From contig CT868660.1 of the NCBI GenBank assembly GCA_000165425.1, positions 1-64,000 of the forward strand: a stretch of DNA of 64,000 bases, written 5' to 3'. Positions 52,498-64,000 of the stretch are shown piece by piece. The position numbers were made by a program, and so were the translations under genes. Source of the DNA: Paramecium tetraurelia. Lineage: Eukaryota. Each line of letters starts with the position of its first letter. Within the stretch, counting starts at the first letter, position 1. The notes beneath the pieces were generated by a model. The model did no database searches. It was given only the letters and a program-made list of their open reading frames with translations, and was not told where the DNA came from.

Positions 52498-54335
52498 ATG
52501 ATCTGCTAGACCTGTAAAATCAACAACAATCGTTCCGTTATCTTTGACAATAATTGCCAATTCCATCGTTAACCATTATAATCTGTGTCCCTTAATTTAT
52601 CAAAATAGACTTAGATGTATAAGGCATGTAAGAAATGCGAGGAGGAGAGAAAAAATGAAAAATTTTTTAGTTTTAATGAAATAAAGCAAAAATTGAATAC
52701 CCATGAATCTCTAGAGCAATTAAATTAGATTGTGAAAATATCATAAAAAATACTCTAATAAGCAGAAGAGGAGAAGAATAAGCTAATTAGTTTGGCAGAA
52801 GAAATAGCAGAGACCGTTATGAATGGAATATATCAATTTTTTCAATTTTAGGCTCCTAATAAAGCAGCAGCAGGTAGTGAATTTTCTGCTCAAGAATTAT
52901 TTTCTGTAAAAAAAAATAATATTTCTATTAGTTGTTAACACCATCGACAATAAAGTCTTTGGAAGATTTAAAAAATAAATAAATTTCTATACAGATTGCA
53001 GATGATATGAGTGCTATGCTTTTAACCAAAGTATTATTTATGGAAAGAGTGGGAGAATTTATAAAATAATATGAAACAAATTCATCAACAATACAAAATT
53101 AAATGAAGTAAGGAGTCCAGAATTTATAAAAAACTAAAACTAAGATACAAAATTTAATCAAGATTTAACCGAATCTGTAAAACGAATAGATTTAGCCACA
53201 GCTATAATTCATGTAGAGTTAACAAGTTAGTTAAGTCATTTCAAATCAATAAAAGAGCTAAATCCCGAAAATTCAACAAGATAGCTAATTTATATATTAG
53301 TAGGGAATTTTATCAGATATTATTGATAATGAATCAACAATAGAAAAGGTAATTTTATTCATAAGTAAAAGTTTAGGGGAAATAGAAAATAAATAACTTA
53401 TGATGATGGTGATCCTCTCCAAGTCAAGGCAATAATGAATATAAATAATGAGGAATTAGGTTTTGCAAGGAGGGATTGTATATGTATATTAGATAAGAGA
53501 AATAATTTGAAAGTAATTTAAAGATTAGGATATGTTAGTGAGGAAATTATAACATTTGCTTGTTAATTTTAAGACATGGGAAAATAATATATAGCAGTTG
53601 GGTATCAATAATAATATAATTAGTATCGAATTATAAGATGATTCTGGTAAGATCTAATTATTGAGTAAAAATGAATAGAAATGGTCTTAAATCAAAGTTG
53701 TAAAAGTTTAGCATTCAATTATAAAAATTATTCATCCTTGCGAAAGTTATCTAATCACAATTTCTGAGTCGAAGGTATTTTTATTTTTATCAATTAGGAA
53801 ATGGAAATGATTAATATTTAATAAGATAATTAATAAATTGATCTGATTATTAAAGAAGAATCAAATATAAAAGACATTGCTTAGATAAATCCTTCTACTT
53901 TGATATATATAACTAGCAATTAAATACATTCATTTAATTTTTAGAATAAAAGAAAATTGCATTAAATTGATGGAAATGAAGAGCATTAGTGTTTGGAAAT
54001 AATGAATTCTGAAAACTTTATTGTTGGAAATTCAGAAGGGAAAGTGCTGATCTGTACTTTTTAAAATAAAATTCAAATTATCAATCAGATAAGTATTCAT
54101 TAAAAGGATATCAGATATATAAGTAAAATTGATTAAATGTAATAACATTACTTAATTAAGGCATTTTGTTACATCCTCTTATGATGGAAAACATATTATA
54201 GCGTCAAAAAATGGTAAACAAAAGAATATAATAAAAGATGGACCTAAAATCAACTTTTCTGAACCTTTGTTGTGGGTTAATGAATTAAGATGCTTAATTG
54301 CATCTTCTGGAGGTTAAATCTTTACGTATTATTGA
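52498..54335 (+). CDS. WD40-repeat protein with N-terminal Cys/His cluster
   Basis: MICQTC...CQFH...ACKKC at the N-terminus; C-terminal WD40-like units (IAVGY, FIVGNSEGKV, HQKDIRYI, FVTSSYDGK). Several introns. Confidence 0.6.
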
Positions 54336-54373
54336 TAAGATAAACGAAAAAATAATAAAACAAATATTAAATA

Positions 54374-56133
54374 TCATAAACAATTATCATTTTTATGGAT
54401 ATTAAGTTTAGATGTTTAGAATAGTTTTGAATTAATCGAGAAGTTTAGTTTATGTAAATGTTCTTGGTCTACGAAATTATTATCGTGTTCAAAGTTGTTT
54501 AGTTGATATTCATCTTCAAATTCGTATTGCTGGTTTTTTTGTTAAGGTAGAGTCTTAGATGGAAGACGAATGCCAAATTTATCAAATTAATTTTATTCTT
54601 TTTCATTGGATGCCCTTGAAAAAGAACTGATCTCTTATTATTTTAAATATTCTTGACTTTTTCGACTGATAGGAACACTTAATATTGATATTGTTCTGTT
54701 TTTGTTGCCAACATTTTAAGGAGTAGTTTATGTGTTTGCTTAACTAACATAATGAATTCCTTAATCCATTTCCATACTGGCATGCATATGCATATGTGTT
54801 TCACCTTTTGCATTGATATCGTGATATTGTTTTGATACAATTTATTTGGGTAATGATATTTAACAAAAAAAGGGCGTTTTAAAAAATGAATGATTTAAAG
54901 CTTCACTTATCGTTATTCTGTCCTTTGGGTATTTCTTTGTCATTTAACAAATCAAATTCTCTACTAAATTCATACTCTCAAATGTTACATACACGGTTTT
55001 GGATATTTGGATGAGGGTATTTCGAAATAAGCTTCTGTGTTTTTCTTGATAGTTTATTTTAAATCATTTTATTTAAATGGATTATATCCATATAATACAA
55101 CAAACAAAGTTATCCCCACACTAAAAATATCGCATTGTTAATTATAAGGCTTCTTAGATTCTTCATATTTCAATACTTCAGGTGCAGAATATCTTATAGT
55201 TATTTAGAAATCATACCCTGGACTCCCACATTGAGGAAATGGAATTTGTTTTTACCAAGTAAAAGCTGCTAACCCAAAATCAATTATCACTGGTCTCTGT
55301 ATATCATTTCCATTCAGTAAAATATTCTATGGTTTTATATCTCTATGCATCACTTTTTATAAATGAATCTACTCTATCGCACTTAGAATGTTGATTAACA
55401 TTATTCTTAAATCTTCTTATGAATATACTTTCTTTGACGATTGTTAAGACACTAACTCCGGTCCATCAATATATTCAGTTAATAAATAAATATTTGATTA
55501 ATTTTCATAGACCCTATACAATTTTAAGATATTTGGATGATTAAACATGCGCAAAGCTTAGATTTCATTTAATAATTATTCTTCATAATTCTTATTTTTG
55601 TTAATTTATTTTATTGTTTGCTTCTTGATGATCTTTACAGCATAAGTCTCCCCTTCTTTGTTCTAGCATTGATGAACCTAAAATTAAATATATAGGTTTA
55701 CTGTTGAGAAGCTTCCCTAACCTATCTATGCTCCTAATTTATATGTTTTATCAAAATCACTCAGAATACAACAATTAGATAATGCTTCAACCCATATATT
55801 ATATTGTTAGATATCATCTGTATATAGATGTATTTAATAACCATTATTTATCAATGATATTTCCAATCCTTATTCAAACTGATGAAATTAACAATACACT
55901 GTGTCTAACTACACAAATCCCTTTATCTGATTCCCCTTTCCAACATCAGAATATAATAAAAATTGTTTGACCAAAAAGTAAGTTCTGACACATCTTTATT
56001 TAAAAGTCTTTCCGACTTTTGTAAAGTTTCCCATTAACACCTAAACATTTTAAAAATCCTCTTATTCAAATGTAGGAATATCAGTTTTGTTCCAAAACTC
56101 TTAATTCTCCACATGCCCCTTACTAAATATCAT
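54374..56133 (-). CDS. CAMK-group Ser/Thr kinase with N-terminal extension
   Basis: IGQGSFSTV, YAVKII, HPNILKL, EYIDGPEL, HRDIKPQN, DFGLA, CGSPGYSAPE, CDIFSVG and DRITISEALNH motifs; tiny introns. Confidence 0.9.
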
Positions 56134-56656
56134 ATTTATTATTAAAAATTAACAAATTGAATAAAATAGCTACAATTCATTTTCTAATGTTGATACCTTT
56201 TAAATTGTCTCACAATCTAAACCGCCATTATGTGTCCAACACCACACTCCTACTTCAAAATTTCAATTAAATAACTTTTTATATTCAGACTAGTTTAAAA
56301 TTAAGCAAATCTCTCTAATTATCAACAATATTTGTACAGAATTAATTAAAACCTTTTCATATAAATTACAAGTTAAGAGATTAACAATAACTAATGATTC
56401 AAGTTATGTTAAAACATAGTCTAAAATATTATGCTCAAATAGTTTATAATACTCAGAGATCTCCAGACCACTTATTTTAATTTAAATCAATTTAAATGTA
56501 TATTTATAAGTCAAGACCAAAATTACTTTTAAGAAATAAAATATTTTTCAAAGAAATTATATCTTTTTAATATGTAAATTTCAAAATAATATTATCAAGG
56601 TAATCAAAAGTAACATAAAATTTTGATCTACTTTAGATAAATTACTATGAAACTAA

Positions 56657-58560
56657 TCATAGATTTTATTTAAAAGATTTCATTTATCATTGATTATAAT
56701 ATAATATTCCATATATATTTGATACTCCTATCTTATAATTAATCTATTCTTTACGGATCAAACTCATTCTGCTAATATATTAAAAATTTCTTCAAAAAGT
56801 CTCCTCTTAAAAGAAGTAATTTTTGATCGCTCTTTTAATATTAATTTAGAATTATGTTTTTGATTATTAAAGACTAATGTTTAATTGATAAAATAGAATG
56901 ATAATTATAATAGTTATTTTCAATCATATTCTGTTTTGAATTTTACTATATCTGCATTTTGAAATCTTACTTTTATAGCTTTATGTGTTTTCTCATTGTC
57001 TAATTGTATTTAAAACAATATTTACATTCTTTTTTGAATTTTTTCACAGATTCTTCAGTACCAAATGCTAAATATGGAGAGTTTTATGATTTCAATGGAC
57101 TTTGAGCTATTCATATTTTTAAATGAATACATTACAAAAAGAATCTGTATTTTTTTTTGATTCAACTAGATTTTTTATTTACCTCTCAAAATTTTGGATT
57201 TACTTTTGGATTTAATTTTAACACTCAAGTTCAATTTGTTTTTTTTGATATTTATAGTCTTAATAATAATATGTAGATACCTTATCTTATTTTTAATTGC
57301 TTTTACTTTTTCAATTCTTCTAAAAATAATATCCTATCATGGAGATTCTACTTTAAACATTCTTACAAAATATCAGTCTAACATTATTTTTGAATCTTTA
57401 TATTTTTCATATTATGATCCAATAATTCTTTTTATGATAATTTCTGGGTCGAGCAGCTGTTATTTGTTTTATTTTTGAGAATACTCTTATTTTTTCTTTC
57501 ACTCTATGATTTATTCTCCTTTTATATTTTCTAACTAGGAATATCATTTATAACAAAATAATCAGAGCTCTTCATACTTTATTGCGGGAAATTAATAAAG
57601 TTATATTTATGTTCCTATAAAGAATAGGTTGACTTATCATTTGTAAGATTAGTTGAATCATCTAGCTTAGATCTGGTGAGACTTCCTTTTCTGTATTTAC
57701 AAGAGAGTACTGATTGCAATTAGGAAATGCGATTTTTTAAGTTTTGTAAATTTTTAAGGTTTAAATTATTTGTTGACAGTGAATATCTTGAAGATGAGTA
57801 TTCAATATCACTATAAAGTCCTAATTATTATTTTCTTGAAAGGCCAATCTAATAGGAATTGAGATCACAATTCTGCATAAATTTGGAATGAGAACTTTGT
57901 GATTAATTTATATAAAAGAAGATAAATGATATTTTGATTCAATTATATCAAACTCAATAGAGAAGTGAGCACAAATTATAGATTAAAAATAAATTATGTT
58001 ATTTTGCAAAGATAAATTAGAAAAATCAGAACAGATAATGAAGTTTCTTATCAACATCTTAGAGTTTAGGTAATTTTCGCAATCTATTACCATATTCTCT
58101 TTATTTTTCATAATGGACATCAAGATTCTTCTTTGAGATATTTGGTTTGAGGGTTTGTAATTTTTTGATCAAATTCATATTTTCCAAGGAACTATTAAAA
58201 GTGTTGTTGGGACTTTTAAGATCTGTTTGGGAGATGCCTCTATATCGATTAAGATTGACATAAGGATTGTCTCTTAACTTGATTCTTTCGATTTTGTCAT
58301 CCAATAACTTATACATTTAAGTAAAGACATACTTTTTGTAATTTATCTTATGCATTTTGCTATTGTTATTTATTAAATTTGGATGTGTGTTGAAGCATTT
58401 AAAATCGAGAATTAGTGGCACTTTTATTTTATTCAATTGTTTTGTAGATGTTCATTTTATCCTTATCAATCTCTTCCATTCTTTTAAAGTGGTTGTAATA
58501 CTCTTCCAGTTGATAAGATTCGATTGTAGGATTATGGATTATAAAGCGATTAGCTTTCAT
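56657..58560 (-). CDS. Hypothetical protein (possibly two genes)
   Basis: MKANRFIIHNPTIESYQLEEYYNHFKRMEEI..., a 25-nt intron, then LLDDKIERIKLRDNPY; low-complexity remainder. Confidence 0.4.
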
Positions 58561-58636
58561 CTTTTCGAGTTACTTAATTAATTAAGTTTATTGATAAAAT
58601 TAATGAACTTATTGTATGTATTTTATATTGGTTTAC

Positions 58637-59366
58637 TCAAGCCAATTTGAAGTCCTCAATGTGAACTGGAGTCATTGGTACATATTTATAAGATGGATCA
58701 GCATATTTAGTTTTCTTCACATGTTCAGGTTGTATTGATCTTTCTTTGATGATTTTGGCATGTTATTTATGATACTAATTATTTGAATAAAATAATGATT
58801 TTTACTCTTTTCATCATTTCTGCTGTATAAATTGAGCTAATTTCTGTATAATGTGCAGATAATCTTTGATTCAATGTATTCAATGGGAAATGTAAAGCAT
58901 TTGTAGCTTTCTTCATCACATAATCCAAATTATCAGGACTAAGAATATCATTATGATCAATTACTAGTATGATCTGTTCTCAGAGGAATAGTACACTAAT
59001 CTGAATAGACCTCCTAATACAGCCAAAGGACCCAAGAACACTGCTGCTCTCATTGGTCTCAACATGTGATATCCTTGATGAGTTAATCCTCTAAATCATA
59101 TATTCATATTTCTACTTCAATACTGAATACTTATGACCCATGAAGGCTGTGGCAAATAGTACTCTTCTGTTGAAATAAATGAACATTTAATTTGTTGGAT
59201 GATAGCCAAATTCTCTTGGTCCAATAAGGAAAAATCTACCGATCTTTCCCAAAAGCCCTTCATATTTTAGTGTATATTAGCTACCTGATCGTTTAGCCAA
59301 TTTCTCATTGATAACAACTGAGACTGGTTATAAAAACTTTAACCATGCCTATTGAATAGGATTCAT
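58637..59366 (-). CDS. Ciliate mitochondrial ATP synthase subunit, similar to Tetrahymena subunit i/j
   Basis: MNPIQQAWLKFLQPVSVVINEKLAKRSG...GKIGRFFLIGPREFGYHP...PLNTLNQRLSAHYTEISSIYTAEMMKRYHK...KKTKYADPSY. From memory this closely resembles the Tetrahymena ATP synthase i/j subunit; not checked by search. Confidence 0.75.
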
Positions 59367-59819
59367 CTTAATTAAATAAATATTATAAGAAACTTAAATA
59401 AAAATTACCAATCAAGCATTCACAAAATAGTATTGAAATCATTTCATAGATCTTCTATTTATTGAAACATATTACTAGAAACCTAAATAATAAGATACTT
59501 TGTATTAACTCTAGTTAAGACGTTTTTAACCAACCAAATGAAATTAGATTTATTTGAGTATTATTATGTTTTAGTTATCTAATTTGTAAGAAAAAAATAT
59601 AATAAACAAATAGCATTAATCCATGATATCATTTTCAAAAAATACAATAAAAATTAATGTAGATTAAATATAACTATAATAATTAAAACAAAGATTTTAG
59701 ATTCTCTATCATCAACATATATTTACTTTATTAATAGTATAAGATTTAATACTGATTCTCTTGAAATTCAGAATATCAAATATTTATAAAAATGGGTATT
59801 TTAAATAATTTTAATAATA

Positions 59820-62800
59820 ATGTCTGAATATCATGATGAGTTTTAAGAGGACCAATAAAAATTGAATGCTTTGAACCTATCTTGGACATTGGGATTTAAT
59901 TACAAAATGGTAAATGGAGTTCACAACCTCACTAATGATTCTCGTAAAGTATGATCTATCTTGATTTAGGAAATATTCTATGCGACAGCACACACAGGAG
60001 TCATATTTGATTATGGGAATAATTAATAGAGATTATTATAAGGACATGTATTATATTATATGATTTGTAGTGTAACAAAATTTCATGCACGGCATATTGC
60101 AAAGAATTGGACATAATTGTAACTGCTGATGCAGGGCCTGACAGTATGTTAGTCATATGGGATGCAAAGACAGGAGTACCAAGAAGAACGATATTTGAGC
60201 CACATGCTAATGGTGTTTAAGCAGTGGATATTAGTGAGAATGGCCAATATTTGGTAACATTGTCAAAGGAAGAACCCGATAAAATACAATCTATATCGTT
60301 TTGGGACTGGTAATCTCAAGATCCTCGTCTCAGAACAACAGTCTTAGATGATAAATTAAAGGATTATCAATACTATGTTACAATCAATAATAATGCTGAG
60401 CAAAAGCAAAATTAGCAATAGATATTTGAATTTGCTACGACAGGCAAAAAGAGAGTAGTTTTTTGGAGTTGGGAATATGGAGCAGCAGGATTCGAGTATT
60501 ACAGTCCTGAAGTTTAAAAGAATAAGGTGTTGACCTAGACAGTCTTTATTCCTAAGAATAAGAATGTAGTAACAGGAACATTGGATGGATACATAATAGT
60601 TTGGGATGTATCTCTTATTATTGAAGAATATGGATAACCAGATGAGAGGAGAGTTATTAAGATAGTGAATCTAATGAATGTGGCTAATAAATCTGAGACA
60701 TAATAGAAGAAAGGAAATGCTTAGATTTTATTATTAAGAGTCTAAGGAAGGTATTTAGTAGTTGGAGCATCTAATGGATCTATAAGATTTTATGATTTCA
60801 AATTCAGAATTAGAGCATGGTTTGAAGATGTTGTGATTGGATAGAATGGTCTAAATATTTAATGCATAGGATCGATTACTAATTTATCATTTGCAAATGA
60901 GAGTGTGTTCTAAGAAGATTTTGAAACAGAATCAGATGAAGAGAAAGACAAGGATGAGTAATCCTAGAAGAAGTCAAAACCATTTCTATGTTAAGATTTT
61001 ATAGTTGTAGATGATAGGGCTAATGTGATATTATTAAAGTCATCTTAATTTTAAGAAATAGAAAAAGAAAAGAAGAAAGGAACAGTCATCATGTCATCAA
61101 TTGTGTCACCTATTATCTCCATATCTGTTAGACCTAATGTTCCTGTTGTTGCGTTTAGTTGTGAAGATAACAAAATTTATGAATGGAATTTCTATGAAAA
61201 ACACAATAAACTGAAAGAAATTAAAGAGAAGGGAAGTGAATTACAAATATAAAGTACATTTATAGAATACAGTCCTGATGGTAATTATTTAGCTGTCTGT
61301 TCAAAAAATGGAATAGTTCATATGTATGATTGCAGAGAAGAAAAATGGCTTAAAAATCTATTGGTTTCAGAAACTGACAAAACTAAACCAAAAATAACCT
61401 ATTTAACTTTTAGTATTGATTCAAAATATTTTGCTACGATTGATGAATCTTATGCAGTCAGTGTTTTTAATTTTTGATTTCGATCCTAATAGTCAATTGA
61501 AATAATAAAAAGAATGGATATTTGCTGGTAAATATAGAGTACATCATGGACCAATCAAATCAGTTGCCTTTGGTGAAACACTTGATGAGAAGAACTAAGT
61601 TTAATTAAAGGTGTTCACCATAGGAGAAGATATGAAGTTGGCAGTCTACGATGTTTTAGATCCAACTCAAGATCCATATAATAGAGTTAAATTAAGAAGT
61701 GTAGTAACTATTGAATAGGAATGTTTGCCATCAGCATGTATCTGGTATCCAATCAATCTATAAAGAGAAGATGTCTTATTAACAACAAATAGTGAATTCA
61801 AATTAAAATTATGGACTGTATTAAAAGATCTTCGTATTATCTGTAAAAAGACCTGTTTAGGTCCCACATTTGGTGGACATATCAAGAGATTATTATTACT
61901 TAATCCAAGCGATATGAAAAATGAATACTAAGATAAATATTTGGCATACTCCACAGGTGAGAAGGTGGTTGGTATAATTAAATTGCCTTTGGATGGTAAT
62001 CCTAATAAAACTATGGGTTTGATTGCACATCCTGAAAAGATTGTTGATTTATCATCAACTTAAGATGGTAAATTATTTTTTACTTCTGGTGGTGATGACT
62101 TTGCAATTAATATTTGGAGTGTAGATTTTGCTGCTTTAGAAGATAATTTTTAAACACAAGAAACAGAATATGAAATATTTTCAAATTTATTAGACGGAGG
62201 ACCTGAAGGACAGACCTTAAGAGATTTGAAAGACTTCTTTTATTATAGTCAGATCAGATCAAAGGATGAACATACTACTAAGGCTAGAAAATTAGATGGT
62301 CTAGTACCATTGACTGCTATTGCTGATATGATGAGATCTATGGGATACTTCCCAACAAATTAAGAAATTGAAAATATGATAAATGAGATCAAGTTTTCAA
62401 AATATCTTGAAACAGGTGAACAAATTTCAGAATTGGAAATTAATACATTTCTTAAATTGTATGTTAATCATAAACCTGTTAATGGAGTCACTAAAGGTTA
62501 AATATATGATGCATTAAAGACACTTGCTACTGACACTGGAGTGATACCTTGGGATTAATTTACTGAGTTATTGAAAACAAAGGGTGAAAAATTAGATGAA
62601 CAAGAAATTGAATGTAATATAAATATTCTATTATAGATTATTTGGAATCATTGTTGCCAAACAAAAATTATCCATAGCAATTAAATTTGAATAATCTTTG
62701 TGATGAATTGCTAGGTTTTGAAGATATGGATGGTACTTAAGAATAATAGGAGTAATAAGAAGAAGTTTAAGATGTTGGTTCTGAAGATGAATAGTAGTGA
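59820..62800 (+). CDS. CFAP251: CFAP251/WDR66 radial-spoke-associated WD40 and EF-hand-like protein
   Basis: LSWTLGFN, HTGVIFDY...LLQGHCNKISC, LPLDGNPNKTMGLIAHP, LDGGPEG...DFFYYSQIRS...MRSMGYFPTNQEIENMINEIKFS. One +1 frameshift at ~61471-61475. Confidence 0.9.
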
Positions 62801-63384
62801 AATTATATTTATTTTTATTCTAAATTTAAAATTAAATTAATGTGTTTCTATTTAACTTATATACATAAATAAAATAATGTATTTTTCAATAAAGTAATTC
62901 AAATATTTAATTATTATTCTCAAAAAGTATATTTAATAGGGTTATTATAAATTATAAATCCAAATAAATTCATTTCTTTTATTATACACACAAATTTGGA
63001 TTCTTAAATGTATGTACATCTAATACGTTTATTGTATGAATTTATTGATTTAATTTCATACTCTATGGATAAAATTAGATGACAAAAAAAAAGAAAAAAT
63101 AAACCAAGTTCTTTGAGTTTTTGTGGCTAAATGAGAATATAATCAAACCATCATCATTTTATGTTTTGTGTAGAGGTATTCTTTGACAATTTATTAATAA
63201 TAACAATGTTTCAAATATGTTGATAGCCTATTGAGATTGAGGATAAAGATCATGATTGGAATATGAAAGTAATCATGGAGATGGAAATAGTACAAGATTT
63301 TAATAATAAAAAGTTTGCCAATACAAGCAATTAATTAGAAATAATGATTGTTAATTATTATATTTTTCAAATTCAAATTTTTCA

Positions 63385-64000
63385 ATGTATAAAGAAGAAG
63401 CAATTCCATTAATCACATATGATGCTTAAAATAGAAGTAATTAAATATTCAATACATAGCCTACCATTTGGCAGATGAGGCGGCAAAAATGATTAGATCT
63501 ATAAATAATCCCATTGCAATTATCTCAGTAGCAGGTTTGTACAGAACAGGGAAATCATACCTATTGAACAGAATAGTGCTCAATCGCGGCGATGGTTTCG
63601 GAGTTGGACCAACAGTAAATCCATGCACAAAAGGAATGTGGGTTTGGGGGACACCTATTACAGTGGGAAAGACTTCAATTTTGATAGTAGACTCAGAAGG
63701 TACAGGAGCCTTGAATGACTCAGATGTCAATCATGACACAAGGATATTTGCTCTTGCTGTTTTATTGGCTTCCTCATTTGTTTATAATTCAGTTGGAGCT
63801 ATAGATGAAGGAGCATTGGAATCATTGAGTTTTGTGGTCAATTTAACAAAATTCATATAATTGAGATCGAATGAAGAGCCAGACTCTGAGGAGTATGGAG
63901 AATTTATGCCTCAATTCTTTTGGGTGTTGAGAGATTTTTCATTGCAATTATTGGATAACAATGGAGACACACTGACAAGTCATCAGTATTTGGAGAGATC
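63385..64000 (+). CDS. Guanylate-binding protein (GBP/atlastin family GTPase), 5' part only
   Basis: G1 motif AGLYRTGKSYLLN, CTKGMWVW, G3 motif DSEG, D.RIFALAVLLAS.FVYNS.GAIDE and WVLRDF; runs off the window end. Confidence 0.93.

Noticed and set aside
4904..62800. Apparent clustering of cilia/cortex genes (RIIAD1-like, centrin, TMEM231, CFAP251)
   Set aside because: They are dispersed among unrelated genes, and such genes are abundant in ciliate genomes.
1..64000. CRISPR arrays, prokaryotic operons or defence systems, telomeric repeats
   Set aside because: No regularly spaced direct repeats or C4A2/C3A3 tracts were seen, and the genes are eukaryotic and intron-containing.

Overview
AT-rich, very gene-dense eukaryotic DNA that reads as a ciliate macronuclear chromosome segment, most likely Paramecium. 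Conserved genes only translate if TAA/TAG are read as Gln and TGA is the sole stop (translation table 6). They are interrupted by tiny GT..AG introns of 20-30 nt, and intergenic gaps are often under 35 nt. The supplied ORF track uses standard stops, so it shows only fragments; I re-translated by hand and gene ends are manual estimates. Recognisable genes: phosphatidylserine synthase, RIIAD1-like, kinase-Kelch, DNAJB12/14-type co-chaperone, ICL-type centrin, TM+PX protein, ULK-like kinase, GH25 lysozyme, C2 protein, a degenerate tRNA-Lys, SAPS/PP6R, TMEM231, DOPEY/DOP1, DPP3, RPS15, SNAPC1-like, a twin-CX9C protein, a WD40 protein, a CAMK-like kinase, a ciliate ATP synthase subunit (i/j-like), CFAP251/WDR66 and a GBP-family GTPase. 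Best novelty candidate: two adjacent unannotated genes (9170-13400) that together carry three diverged copies of a ~170-190 aa domain I do not recognise. There is also a 522-nt N gap and several single-base frameshifts that may be assembly errors.
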